Assembly (NCBI GenBank): GCA_905612365.1
Contig: CAJQRP010000004.1
Coordinates: forward strand, 1 to 42,117
Direction of reading: 5' to 3'
DNA length: 42,117 nt
DNA from: an uncultured Candidatus Pelagibacter sp.
Lineage (GTDB): Bacteria; Pseudomonadota; Alphaproteobacteria; Pelagibacterales; Pelagibacteraceae
Shown: piece after piece, positions 31,167 through 41,338 of the stretch
Position numbering within the stretch: the first letter of the stretch is position 1
Layout of the letters: the number at the start of each line of letters is the position of its first letter
Translations under genes and position numbers: made by a program
The notes under the pieces: model-generated
Told to the model about the DNA's origin: nothing
The model's input: the letters and a program-made list of their open reading frames with translations, nothing else
Database searches by the model: none

Positions 31167-32218
31167 TGTTTTCAAAATTCAGATCACTAATTTTTAAAAT
31201 TGATCCTGAAACTGCTCATAATTTAGCAATTAAGTCTTTAAGATTAAATTTGACACCAAATTTAAGGGATGAAAATAAAGATGATCCAATGTTCAAGACT
31301 AAACTATTTGGCAAAGAAATAGATAACCCAATTGGAATGGCTGCTGGATTTGATAAAAATGCTGAAGTTTATAATTCTTTATTTAAACTTGGATTTGGGT
31401 TTGTTGAGGTGGGGACCGTTACACCACTTAAACAGTATGGAAATCCAAAACCAAGAGTATTTAGATTGGTGGAAGACGAAGCACTTATAAATAGATTGGG
31501 ATTTAATAATTTAGGATCAGAAAGTGTAAGCAATAGAATTCGATCAAATTTGAATAAGGGTTTATTGGGAATTAATATAGGTCCAAATAAAAATAGTGAT
31601 GATAGGCTAAATGATTATTTAATTGGTCTTAGAACTTTTCATGATATCGCTGACTATATTACAATTAATATTTCCTCACCTAATACAGAAAACTTAAGAA
31701 GTTTTCATGATGAAACTAAATTTGATGAATTAATGAATTTAGTTAAAGAAGAAAAAATTAAGCTTAAATCCAAAATACCAATTGTTGTAAAAATTTCTCC
31801 TGATATTTCAGATGAACAAATTGAAGTATTAAGTAAAATATTGTTAGAACACAAAGTAAGTGCAATAATTGTTTCAAATACAACCGCAGGAAATAGAGGT
31901 AAATTAAACAATATACTGAAACATCAAAGGGGTGGTTTATCTGGAAAACCTCTTGAAGAAGAGGCTAATAAATTAATAAGTAAGTTTTACAGATTATTAA
32001 AAAATAAAATTGAAATTATTGGAGTAGGTGGTGTGGACTCAGGAGAAAGTGCACATAGAAAATTTTTAGCTGGTGCAAGCTATGTTCAATTATATACTGG
32101 TATGGTTTTTCAGGGTCCCAATATTGTTGGAAAAATAAAAAAAGAGTTAAAAGAAATATTAATTACTGATGGGATCAAGAATTTTAGAGAAATAATAGGT
32201 AAGAAACAGCCTAATTGA
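31166..32218 (+). CDS. pyrD: Dihydroorotate dehydrogenase (quinone), class 2
   Basis: DPETAH, AAGFDKN, GNPKPRVFRL, NISSPNT, GGLSG. Confidence 0.97.
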   Translation: MFSKFRSLIFKIDPETAHNLAIKSLRLNLTPNLRDENKDDPMFKTKLFGKEIDNPIGMAAGFDKNAEVYNSLFKLGFGFVEVGTVTPLKQYGNPKPRVFRLVEDEALINRLGFNNLGSESVSNRIRSNLNKGLLGINIGPNKNSDDRLNDYLIGLRTFHDIADYITINISSPNTENLRSFHDETKFDELMNLVKEEKIKLKSKIPIVVKISPDISDEQIEVLSKILLEHKVSAIIVSNTTAGNRGKLNNILKHQRGGLSGKPLEEEANKLISKFYRLLKNKIEIIGVGGVDSGESAHRKFLAGASYVQLYTGMVFQGPNIVGKIKKELKEILITDGIKNFREIIGKKQPN

Positions 32219-32228
32219 AGCTAATAAA

Positions 32229-32258
32229 CTTGACGAGGTCACAAACTCATCTTATATA
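32229..32258 (+). promoter_or_regulatory. Probable sigma70 promoter of rpmB
   Basis: cTTGACG-N17-TATATA, ending 13 nt before the ATG. Confidence 0.55.
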
Positions 32259-32271
32259 GGCACTAAATATT

Positions 32272-32595
32272 ATGTCTAAAAAATGCGAATTAACCGGCAA
32301 AATACCTATGAAAGGTCACAATGTTAGTCATGCTAACAATAAGACTAATAGAAGATTTTTACCAAATTTAAAAAAAACTAAATTTAAAAGTGAACTTTTA
32401 AAAAGAAGTTTAACTTTAACGGTTAGCAATGCAGGTGTTAGATGTGTTGATAAAAAAGGTACTTTTGATGAATTTTTAAAGACTGCAAGAAATAAAAATA
32501 TATCACCAAGATTAAAAAAATTAAAAAAAAGTATATTAATTAAGTCACCATTCGTAAAAAAAGCACCCAAAGTTTCCCCTAGTAAATCAGCTTAA
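32272..32595 (+). CDS. rpmB: 50S ribosomal protein bL28
   Basis: [10 protein letters not shown]...[19 protein letters not shown]. Confidence 0.97.
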   Translation: MSKKCELTGKIPMKGHNVSHANNKTNRRFLPNLKKTKFKSELLKRSLTLTVSNAGVRCVDKKGTFDEFLKTARNKNISPRLKKLKKSILIKSPFVKKAPKVSPSKSA

Positions 32596-33149
32596 TGAAA
32601 AAGCTTTTTATACTACTCTCATTTATAATGGGAGTTATTGTTTTAACTTCAAATTATTTAGTACAATTTCCAATCAACTATTATGGTTTGGAAGAAATAT
32701 TAACTTATGGAGCTTTTAGTTATCCAGTTGCATTTTTGATTACAGATTTAGCTAATAGGTCTTATGGTAAGTTTGTAGCTAGAAAAATTGTTTATGTTGG
32801 TTTTATTATAGGAATTGTATTTACTCTTTTCTTTTCAACAAATTTTGCAGACTTAATTTCAGTCAGAATTGCCATAGGTTCAGGCACAGCATTTATGGTT
32901 GCACAGTTGTTAGATGTCCAAATTTTTGACTATTTAAGAAAAAAGAAATGGTTTGTTGCACCACTAACTTCATCTTTAATTGGATCCACTGTTGATACAT
33001 TTTTATTCTTTTCTATCTCATTTTATGCAACTGGAATACCATGGGTTACTTTATCTCTAGGTGACTTAGCAGTTAAAATATTTGTTGCTTTAGCAATGTT
33101 GATTCCATTCAGATTATTATTGGGAACTCTTAAAGTTTCAAAAGCTTAG
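32595..33149 (+). CDS. YhhQ/VUT-family queuosine precursor transporter
   Basis: SNYLVQ, TYGAFSYPVAFLITD, AQLLDVQIF, SSLIGSTVDTFLFFSISF. Confidence 0.85.
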   Translation: MKKLFILLSFIMGVIVLTSNYLVQFPINYYGLEEILTYGAFSYPVAFLITDLANRSYGKFVARKIVYVGFIIGIVFTLFFSTNFADLISVRIAIGSGTAFMVAQLLDVQIFDYLRKKKWFVAPLTSSLIGSTVDTFLFFSISFYATGIPWVTLSLGDLAVKIFVALAMLIPFRLLLGTLKVSKA

Positions 33150-34021
33150 TATAAAAATTTATAAGATAAAATTTTATAAGCAAGTTTAGCTACTAAAAAG
33201 TTATAAGAATTAAAACCTTTAATAGGTGAAAGTTCATTTATATCTGCACCAACAATATTAGAGTTTTTTGCAGCTATCCGTATAATATTTAAAGTTTCAT
33301 CCCATAACAGTCCACCTGGTTCAGGCGTACCTGTTGCAGGCATAATGCTAGAGTCTAATCCATCAACATCAAATGTTAGATAAACTGTTTTATTCTTTAT
33401 CATCTTTTTAAATTTTTTTAGGTCCCATTTACTTTTGTCTTTTGCCCAAAAGATATTAATTCTAGATGAGTTTTTTTTTAAGAATGGTATTTCACTTTGA
33501 GATATATTTCTGATCCCAAATGAGATTATTGAAACATTTTTATGATCAAGACATCTCCTAATAGCTGAGGCATGAGAAAATTTTTCTCCATTATAACTAT
33601 CTCTTAAATCTGCATGTGCATCAAAATGTAGTAGGCATATTTCTTTGTGTTTTTTTACAAATGGAGCAATACATCCAGGTGTTATTGAGTGTTCCCCACC
33701 AAAAGTGATTGGAAATAATTTTTTATCCAATATTTCTTGATTTATATCAGACATTTTTTTAAGAGCTTTTTTAATGTCTTTATCAATTTTAAATGGTTTT
33801 AAAGTTTTAATTCCAATTTTTTTATAGGGTTCACAATGTAATTCTTCATCATATAACTCAACTTGATGTGATGCTTTGATAATTTCTTTAGGGCCATTAC
33901 GAGTGCCACCACCATAACTAACAGTTTTTTCTAAACCAAATGGAACAACTACTACTTTTTCTTTAAAATTAACATCATTGTCAATTCCTAGAAAACCGTT
34001 TTTATTAGAAAGATATTTCAA
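33146..34021 (-). CDS. speB: Agmatinase-like ureohydrolase
   Basis: GGEHS, HFDAHADLR, FDVDGLD, ATGTPEPGG metal-binding motifs. Confidence 0.9.
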   Translation of the reverse strand: MKYLSNKNGFLGIDNDVNFKEKVVVVPFGLEKTVSYGGGTRNGPKEIIKASHQVELYDEELHCEPYKKIGIKTLKPFKIDKDIKKALKKMSDINQEILDKKLFPITFGGEHSITPGCIAPFVKKHKEICLLHFDAHADLRDSYNGEKFSHASAIRRCLDHKNVSIISFGIRNISQSEIPFLKKNSSRINIFWAKDKSKWDLKKFKKMIKNKTVYLTFDVDGLDSSIMPATGTPEPGGLLWDETLNIIRIAAKNSNIVGADINELSPIKGFNSYNFLVAKLAYKILSYKFLY

Positions 34022-34023
34022 TT

Positions 34024-35067
34024 TTATTTAAATATTTTTGAGAAGTTTTTTCTCGTTCTGTTTTTCCAGTCACCTTTATGATAAGCATCACTTACAATCA
34101 AAGGAAGGACACTGGTTGCTTCTGCAAAAACCATTTGTTCTTTTGCAATATCCACCTTGCCCCAAGAGCTTGCTTCTTTTAATGTAGAACTACTACAAGC
34201 ACCATCCCTAGAATCTGCTACTGTAATTTGCACTGCATATTTATGCATCTCAACTTCTTTTCCTAAAAGCTCAGCACAGATAACAGTATCTTGAACAAAA
34301 TTTTTTGGAACTCCTCCACCAATCATAAATAAGCCAGATCCTTTTGATTGAATCTTTATTTCAGTTAATTCACGAAGTTCTCTAATAGAATCTATCGTAA
34401 TATGGTTTTTAGGATTATTTTCTTGGTGAGTGACCAATCCAAAACCAGCACTTGAGTCTGTAAATGCGGGACAAAATATAGGAACATTATTGTCATATGC
34501 TGTTTCAATTAAAGAATCTTTTTTTTTAGAATTTTTCTTTAAATATTTACCCATTTCATAAATAAATTCTCTTGATGTATAACTTCTTGGATCAAGTGTA
34601 TCTGCTATTTCACATATTTTCTGATCACATTCCTGCAATTCTTCTTCATCAATATAAGTATCGTAAATCCTATCTATATAATTTTTTCTTAATTCAGTAT
34701 CATCTTGAAACTGTGAACCTTGGTAATGTTTAAAACCTAAAGCTTCAAAAAAATCCATATCAACTATTGAAGCTCCTGTTGCAATAATTGCATCAACCAT
34801 ATTATATTTAACTAAATCTTTATAAATATTCATACAACCTGCAGCAGATGTTGACCCAGCAAGTGTTAAAAAAATTGTGCAATCCTTATCTTGAATCATT
34901 TCATTAAAGATATTTGCTGCATTTGCTGTTTCTCTTGAGACAAAAGACATTTTTTCCATTGAGGAAATTATTTTTCGTGCATCAAAAGAAGTAATATCGA
35001 TGTGTTCAACTGGGTTTTGTAAGAAGCTTTTTTTGCTATTATGAGTTAAATTTTTGTTATCTGGCAT
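34024..35067 (-). CDS. Deoxyhypusine synthase-like protein (candidate homospermidine-pathway aminobutyltransferase)
   Basis: IDRIYD, PAFTDS, GGGVPKNF, DGACS, EASSWGK (catalytic Lys motif of the DHS family). Confidence 0.88.
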   Translation of the reverse strand: MPDNKNLTHNSKKSFLQNPVEHIDITSFDARKIISSMEKMSFVSRETANAANIFNEMIQDKDCTIFLTLAGSTSAAGCMNIYKDLVKYNMVDAIIATGASIVDMDFFEALGFKHYQGSQFQDDTELRKNYIDRIYDTYIDEEELQECDQKICEIADTLDPRSYTSREFIYEMGKYLKKNSKKKDSLIETAYDNNVPIFCPAFTDSSAGFGLVTHQENNPKNHITIDSIRELRELTEIKIQSKGSGLFMIGGGVPKNFVQDTVICAELLGKEVEMHKYAVQITVADSRDGACSSSTLKEASSWGKVDIAKEQMVFAEATSVLPLIVSDAYHKGDWKNRTRKNFSKIFK

Positions 35068-36245
35068 TAAGCAACTAATATACCTTTATTGCTCTCTTTA
35101 CCATATAACGTCATTATAGGCTCATCCTCTACTTCATAGATTTCATTAGAGTAAAAACCATTAAATTGAGTTCTAAAAGTTAAGCCGTATGCACCAAGCT
35201 GACCTAGTTCAATATAATCATTTTCTTTAATATTGTTTGGAAGCAAAAAAGGTCCCTTCATGTAATCCATACTATCGCACGTAGGTCCATAAAAATCAAA
35301 AGCAGTTAATTTTTTTGATATTGATTTTCCACTTTTAATTAAACGAGAAGGGTAAACTATGTTTGGTGTACCAGCATCAAAAAGAGTTCCATAGGTTCCA
35401 TCATTAATATAAAGTTTTTGTTTTTTTCTAAGATTTACTCTTACAATTGTTGAACCACTTTCTGCAACTAGAGCCCTTCCAGGCTCACATAATATTTCAG
35501 GTAGTTTTTCTAAGTTTAAATTAGCTAAGCCTTTTTTTATTTCTTCAAAATAATTATCTAAAGATTGAGGTACAAGATCTGGATATATAGCAGGAAAACC
35601 ACCACCAATATTAATATAATCAGGAATAATTTTTGTTTTTCTTATTATATTTCCAATATCTACAATTCCTTTTGAATAAGAAATGGGGTGCATACATTGA
35701 GATCCCACATGGAAACTTAAACCTACCTTATTTGCATATTGCTTTGTTAATCTCAATAAAGCAGTCGCCTCAGGCATGGACGCCCCAAATTTTGTTGATA
35801 AATCTATTTCAGCATGCTCATTTGAAACGGCTACTCTTACAAATAATTCAAGGTCTTTTGCCTCGTTAGTTGTTTCAATAATTTTTATTAATTCATCTTT
35901 AGTATCAAGGGAAAAAGCTTTAACATTATAATTAAAATAAGCTTCTTTAATACTTTCTCTACTTTTGACTGAATGCATATATGAACATTTTGCATTAGGA
36001 TTAATTGCTCTTATGTCTTTAATTTCTTGAATAGAGGCCACGTCAAAGTTTTCAATTCCACTTTCGACTATTGTTTTTAGTACTTTAGGATGTGGGTTAG
36101 TTTTTACTGCATAAAGCACTTTACCAGGAAATTTATTTCTAAAATATGTAGAAGCTAATTGTATTGATTTTTTCCTAATACAATAAATAGGTTTTTCTGG
36201 CTTTAGTTGATTTATAAGATCATCAACTGTTTTAAATTTTTGCAT
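35067..36245 (-). CDS. Alanine-racemase-fold (type III PLP) ornithine/lysine/arginine decarboxylase
   Basis: YAVKTN, FHVGSQ, GGGF, CEPGR, GPTCDS, GAYG. Start moved to ATG 36245, with GGGGA SD-like sequence upstream. Confidence 0.9.
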   Translation of the reverse strand: MQKFKTVDDLINQLKPEKPIYCIRKKSIQLASTYFRNKFPGKVLYAVKTNPHPKVLKTIVESGIENFDVASIQEIKDIRAINPNAKCSYMHSVKSRESIKEAYFNYNVKAFSLDTKDELIKIIETTNEAKDLELFVRVAVSNEHAEIDLSTKFGASMPEATALLRLTKQYANKVGLSFHVGSQCMHPISYSKGIVDIGNIIRKTKIIPDYINIGGGFPAIYPDLVPQSLDNYFEEIKKGLANLNLEKLPEILCEPGRALVAESGSTIVRVNLRKKQKLYINDGTYGTLFDAGTPNIVYPSRLIKSGKSISKKLTAFDFYGPTCDSMDYMKGPFLLPNNIKENDYIELGQLGAYGLTFRTQFNGFYSNEIYEVEDEPIMTLYGKESNKGILVA

Positions 36246-36359
36246 TTCATATGTCCCCAAAAAAAATTTAATAAAAAAAAGTTTTTAAATACTTAAAAAC
36301 TTTCATATAAATCATGCAATTAAGGCAATAGTTAATTAATGTAAAGTAAATAATAGGTG

Positions 36360-36386
36360 TTGAAATTATCAAATAAGGTACCATAT
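36360..36386 (+). promoter_or_regulatory. Possible RpoH-type promoter of regA
   Basis: TTGAA-N16-CCATAT, ending 7 nt before the ATG. Confidence 0.4.
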
Positions 36387-36393
36387 TAATTGT

Positions 36394-36957
36394 ATGGCTG
36401 AACTGAATAATTTAAAAAAACTAAGTGATTTTGACAATAAAACCTTATTAATCGTTGATGATGACAATCCTTTCAGGGATAGACTTGCCAGAGCAATGGA
36501 AAAAAAAGGGTTTGAGGTTTTTCAAGCTGAGAGTGTACAAAAAGGAATACTATCTGTTAAAGAAAAAAAACCAGGCTTTGCTGTTGTTGACCTTAGACTA
36601 GCTGATGGAAACGGGCTTCAAGTAGTAAAACAAATTCAAATTTCTAATCCAAGTAGTAGAATTATAATGTTAACAGGATATGGAAATATTCCAACGGCTG
36701 TAGCTGCAATTAAAGAAGGTGCAATTGATTATCTTGCAAAGCCGGCGGACGCAGATGATGTTGAGAAAGCATTACTAGCCGATCCAGAGAAAAAAGCTGA
36801 ACCACCAGAAAACCCTATGTCGGCTGATAGAGTTAAGTGGGAACACATTCATAGAGTTTTTGAATTATGTAATAGGAATGTATCTGAAACTGCTAGAAGA
36901 CTTAAAATGCACAGAAGAACGTTACAAAGAATTTTATCTAAAAGATCCCCTAGATAA
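36394..36957 (+). CDS. regA: ActR/PrrA/RegA redox response regulator
   Basis: LTGYGNIPTAVAA, ENPMSADRVKWEHIHRVFELCNRNVSETARRLKMHRRTLQRILSKRSPR. Confidence 0.97.
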   Translation: MAELNNLKKLSDFDNKTLLIVDDDNPFRDRLARAMEKKGFEVFQAESVQKGILSVKEKKPGFAVVDLRLADGNGLQVVKQIQISNPSSRIIMLTGYGNIPTAVAAIKEGAIDYLAKPADADDVEKALLADPEKKAEPPENPMSADRVKWEHIHRVFELCNRNVSETARRLKMHRRTLQRILSKRSPR

Positions 36958-37501
36958 ACTTTCTAAATTTAATAATTTTTTTAGCCAATATAGTTAATAA
37001 ACAAATCTTGAATAATTCAGCTAATAAAAATGGTGTAACCCCTAATTGAAGAATTGGTTTATCCCATCCAATTAAAATTCCCAACCAAATAGCTCCAAAT
37101 ATATAGATTATTGAAACAGAAAATATTAATTTTCCAAAAATTATAAAAATGTTTTTATTAAAATTTAAATAGCCTGCAAAAAAAGAAGCAAGTAGAAATC
37201 CAATTAAATATCCCATTGTTGGACCAGTAAAATAAACTATCCCAATACCTTTTTCTGGTGAGTTAGAAAATACAGGCATTCCTAGAATACCCTCTAGAAG
37301 ATAAACAGCTACAGATGCGAGGCCAATTTTATATCCAAAAGCAATTCCCAAAAAAAGAACTACAAAAGTTTGCATTGTCATAGGTACAGGATAAAATGGT
37401 ATTTTTAATTTAGCTGAAATAGTTAAAGCCATTGTTCCTATAAAAATTAGAGTAAATGTTTTTAATACTTTTTGAATTGAATTAGTTTTTAATAGATCCA
37501 T
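36950..37501 (-). CDS. bioY: Biotin transporter BioY
   Basis: PFYPVPMTMQT, YLLEGILGMPVF, GPTMGYLIGF. Confidence 0.93.
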   Translation of the reverse strand: MDLLKTNSIQKVLKTFTLIFIGTMALTISAKLKIPFYPVPMTMQTFVVLFLGIAFGYKIGLASVAVYLLEGILGMPVFSNSPEKGIGIVYFTGPTMGYLIGFLLASFFAGYLNFNKNIFIIFGKLIFSVSIIYIFGAIWLGILIGWDKPILQLGVTPFLLAELFKICLLTILAKKIIKFRKFI

Positions 37502-37533
37502 ATCTACAAATTACTATTTATTAATGTGATAAT

Positions 37534-38463
37534 CTAGTTTTTTATTAGTCTTAAAAAAACATCCTCTAAATCACCATCATCAGTTGAAATATCTATAATT
37601 TTTACGTTATTTTTCTTAATTAAATTAATTAATTCATCCATATTAATTTTACTTTTTTCATAAGAAACACAAACCTCACTATCTAACTGTGAGACTATTT
37701 TTAAAGATTCTAGATCATCATCATTAATATTAATCTTTATGTCAGTTTTAAAAGTTACTTTTTTGGTTTGAATTCTATCTAATAAATTCTTAGTACTGTC
37801 TAGAGCAACAATATTTCCTTTATTTAATATAGCTATTCTTCCACACATTTCCTCAGCTTCCTCAAGATAATGAGTTGTTAGAATGATAGTTACACCAAGT
37901 TCATTAAGTAATTTTACATTTTTCCATAGATTTTGTCTTAATTCAACATCAACGCCAGCCGTAGGTTCGTCTAAAATAACTATTGGTGGTTGATGAACTA
38001 AAGCTTTAGCCATTAGCAACCTTCTTTTCATTCCACCAGATAAACTTCTAGCATAGCTGTTAGCTTGTTTTTCTAGGGATACCAATTTTAGAATCGTATC
38101 TGTAATTCTATCTTTTTCTTTAATTCCATAGAGACCAGCCTGTAATTCTAATAATTTTCTTGGACTAAAAAATGGATCAAGATTTACTTCTTGAGGTACT
38201 ATTCCAACTGAAGCTCTAACTTGTCTTGGGTTCTGATCTAAGTCAAAACCCCAGACATTTACTTGTCCGGCTGTTTTTATCACTGTTCCAGCTAAAATAT
38301 TTATAAATGTTGTTTTTCCAGCACCATTAGGGCCGAGAAGACCAAAAATTTCTCCCTCTTTCACGTCCAAGTTTAAATCATTTAATGCAAGGTTGTCTGC
38401 GACCTGCTTACTTGAATAAATTTTTTTTAAGTTTTTAACAGAAAGTATATTTTTTTGCTCCAT
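37534..38463 (-). CDS. ABC-2-type transporter ATP-binding subunit (YadG-like)
   Basis: GPNGAGKTT, LSGGMKRR, LDEPTAGVD, TTHYLEEAE. Confidence 0.92.
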   Translation of the reverse strand: MEQKNILSVKNLKKIYSSKQVADNLALNDLNLDVKEGEIFGLLGPNGAGKTTFINILAGTVIKTAGQVNVWGFDLDQNPRQVRASVGIVPQEVNLDPFFSPRKLLELQAGLYGIKEKDRITDTILKLVSLEKQANSYARSLSGGMKRRLLMAKALVHQPPIVILDEPTAGVDVELRQNLWKNVKLLNELGVTIILTTHYLEEAEEMCGRIAILNKGNIVALDSTKNLLDRIQTKKVTFKTDIKININDDDLESLKIVSQLDSEVCVSYEKSKINMDELINLIKKNNVKIIDISTDDGDLEDVFLRLIKN

Positions 38464-38513
38464 GCGTGTTAATACATTTATAGTATTTAAAATAATTAAG
38501 ATAATATTATTTA

Positions 38514-41288
38514 ATGGATAAAATAAAAAAAACAGATCATTTTTATTTAATAGATGGTTCGGGTTATATTTTTAGAGCTTATTACGCATTGCCACCACTA
38601 ACTAGAAAAAGCGATGGCCTACCTGTTGGTGCAGTTAGTGGATTTTGTAGTATGCTATTTAAACTATTAGAGGATTCAAAATCAAATGAAAATCTTCAAA
38701 AACCTACACACTTTGCAGTAATATTTGATGCAGCTAGAAAAACTTTTAGAAATGAAATCTATTCAGACTACAAAGCTAATAGATCAGAAGCACCAGATGA
38801 TTTAGCACCACAGTTTGAGTATATAAGAAAGTCTGTAGTTGCTTTTAATTTACCATCTGTGGATCTTCCAAATTATGAAGCAGATGATTTAATAGCTACT
38901 TATGCAGAGCAAATTTTAGCAAAAGGTGCGAAGGTAACAATAGTTTCCTCAGATAAAGACTTAATGCAATTGTATAGAAAAGACGTTCGTATATTCGATC
39001 CAATGAAAAATAAATTTATAACACCTGAAGATATAGTAACCAAATTTGGAGTGGGTCCAGAAAAAGTTATAGATGTTCAATCCTTAGCTGGAGATAGTAG
39101 CGATAATGTTCCAGGAGTTCCAGGGATAGGTGTAAAAACTGCAGCAGAACTGATTAATAAGTATGGAACTTTAGAAAAGTTATTAGATAACGCTCAAGAA
39201 ATAAAACAAAATAAACGAAGAGAAACACTTATAGAAAATAAAGATAAAGCAATAATTAGTAAAAAATTAGTGACACTAATGAAAGATGCTCCAGTTGAAA
39301 GAAAGATAGAAGAATTTAATTTAAAGGAAATTGATAAAGATAAGCTGTATAAATTTTTACGAGAAATGGAGTTTAATAGACTTCTTAGCTCTGTCATTTC
39401 TGCATATGGAGAACCTGAGCTAGGAGAAATCGTAAGAGAGACAAAACCTGAAAAAAAACAGCAAAATATAAGTAAAAAAAACTATCATCTCATCACTAAT
39501 GAAAAAGAAATAGATGAGTGGATTAACGAAGCAGAAGAAGCTGGAGAACTAGCAATTGATACTGAAACTAGCTCACTAGATGCACATCAAGCTGATTTAG
39601 TTGGAATTTCATTAAGCACTAAAATTGGTAAAGCTTGTTATATTCCAATTGGTCATAAGTTTAAAGGATGTTTAAAAAAAGAAGTTGTAATTAAAAAACT
39701 AAAACCACTTTTAGAAGACAAGAGTGTAAAAAAGATTGGCCAAAATATTAAGTTTGATTTCATTGTTTTGTTTAAACAGGGAATAGATATGAATTCAATG
39801 GAAGATACAATGTTGATGTCTTATGTATTGGATGCTGGAAAAAATAGACACAACATGGATACCCTGTCTGAGATTCATCTACAGCATAAAACAATTTTAT
39901 TTAAAGAAATTGTTGGCATAGGCAAGAAAGAAATAAATTTTAGTGATGTAGAGTTAGATAAGGCAATGGAGTATGCTGCTGAAGATGCTGATATTACTTA
40001 TAGATTATACAAAATATTTAGTAAAAATTTAAAATTAGAAAAATTAACTAACATTTATGAGATCTTTGAAAAACCTTTAATTAAAATATTAGCATTTATG
40101 GAAATTGAAGGAATAAAAATTGATAATAAATTTTTAAAGGTGTTGTCTGAAAAATTTGAGAAAAAAATCAGTAAACTAGAAAAAGAAGTTTTTAAAATTT
40201 CAAAAAAAGAATTTAATATTGCTTCACCAAAACAATTAGGTGAAATTATTTACAATGATTTAAAGATTGCCGTACTTAAAAAAACTAGAAAAGGAAGTTT
40301 TGCTACAAACGCAAGTGTATTAGAAGACTTAGCATTTAAAGGACATGAATTTCCTAAATTAATTCTTGACTGGAGACAGGTATCTAAACTTAAAAATACT
40401 TATTCAGATGCTTTACCTGAACATATTAATCCAACCACTAAACGAGTTCATACTTCATTTTTATTGGCAGCAACAACAACAGGAAGGTTAGCTTCCAGTG
40501 ATCCAAATCTACAAAATATTCCTATTAAATCAGATGATGGTAAGGATATAAGAAAAGCTTTTATAGCAGAAAAAGGGTTCACATTAATATCTGCAGATTA
40601 TAATCAGATTGAAATGAGAATTTTAGCTGACTTGGCAGAAGTCAAAGAGCTGAAAAAAGCGTTTAGTAATGATGAAGACATTCACTCTCTTACAGCAAGC
40701 CAAGTATTTAATGTTGATATTAAAAAAGTAGACCAAGACATGAGAAGGAAAGCCAAGGCTATTAATTTTGGAATAATTTATGGTATTTCACAATATGGGC
40801 TTGCAAAACAAATCAATGTTTCAAATCATGAAGCAGATGAATTTTTAAATGCTTATTTCTTAAAATTTCCTGAAATAAAAATTTATATGGATAATACAAT
40901 TAAGTTTTGTAGAAAAAGTGGCTATGTAAATAATATTTTTGGTCGAAGATCTCATTTTAATGGAATTAATGATAAAAATTTCAATGTAAGAAATTTTCAA
41001 GAAAGAGCAGCTATCAATGCTCCCATTCAAGGGTCAGCATCTGAAATCATGCGACTTGCAATGATTAGACTTAATAAAAAATTTGAAAGCATCAAAAATA
41101 ATAAATCAAAAATATTATTGCAAATTCATGATGAGCTAATTTTTGAGGTCCCGGTAAAAGAAGTTAAAAATATAACTGAAATAATCAAGGATGAAATGAC
41201 AAGTGTTACAGAAAGTGATTTACACACTTTTTCAACACCATTGACGGTAGATGTGAATACAGGGGACAATTGGGGAATACTTCATTAA
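38514..41288 (+). CDS. polA: DNA polymerase I
   Basis: LIDGS and EADD (5' nuclease), DTETS (3'-5' exonuclease), ADYNQIEMR, KAINFGIIYG, QIHDEL. Confidence 0.99.
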   Translation: MDKIKKTDHFYLIDGSGYIFRAYYALPPLTRKSDGLPVGAVSGFCSMLFKLLEDSKSNENLQKPTHFAVIFDAARKTFRNEIYSDYKANRSEAPDDLAPQFEYIRKSVVAFNLPSVDLPNYEADDLIATYAEQILAKGAKVTIVSSDKDLMQLYRKDVRIFDPMKNKFITPEDIVTKFGVGPEKVIDVQSLAGDSSDNVPGVPGIGVKTAAELINKYGTLEKLLDNAQEIKQNKRRETLIENKDKAIISKKLVTLMKDAPVERKIEEFNLKEIDKDKLYKFLREMEFNRLLSSVISAYGEPELGEIVRETKPEKKQQNISKKNYHLITNEKEIDEWINEAEEAGELAIDTETSSLDAHQADLVGISLSTKIGKACYIPIGHKFKGCLKKEVVIKKLKPLLEDKSVKKIGQNIKFDFIVLFKQGIDMNSMEDTMLMSYVLDAGKNRHNMDTLSEIHLQHKTILFKEIVGIGKKEINFSDVELDKAMEYAAEDADITYRLYKIFSKNLKLEKLTNIYEIFEKPLIKILAFMEIEGIKIDNKFLKVLSEKFEKKISKLEKEVFKISKKEFNIASPKQLGEIIYNDLKIAVLKKTRKGSFATNASVLEDLAFKGHEFPKLILDWRQVSKLKNTYSDALPEHINPTTKRVHTSFLLAATTTGRLASSDPNLQNIPIKSDDGKDIRKAFIAEKGFTLISADYNQIEMRILADLAEVKELKKAFSNDEDIHSLTASQVFNVDIKKVDQDMRRKAKAINFGIIYGISQYGLAKQINVSNHEADEFLNAYFLKFPEIKIYMDNTIKFCRKSGYVNNIFGRRSHFNGINDKNFNVRNFQERAAINAPIQGSASEIMRLAMIRLNKKFESIKNNKSKILLQIHDELIFEVPVKEVKNITEIIKDEMTSVTESDLHTFSTPLTVDVNTGDNWGILH

Positions 41289-41338
41289 TTTATCTCCATT
41301 GCCTAAATTAGAACAATTTAGTATTTTTAAAGTACATT

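Noticed and set aside
36246-36359. Structured leader RNA or leader peptide upstream of the decarboxylase
   Set aside because: The region is almost all A/T, with no stable stems or convincing short ORF that I can see.
36950-38463. bioY plus the adjacent ABC ATPase as an ECF biotin transporter
   Set aside because: The ATPase is ABC-2/YadG-like rather than BioM/EcfA-like and no T component is present; solitary BioY proteins are known.
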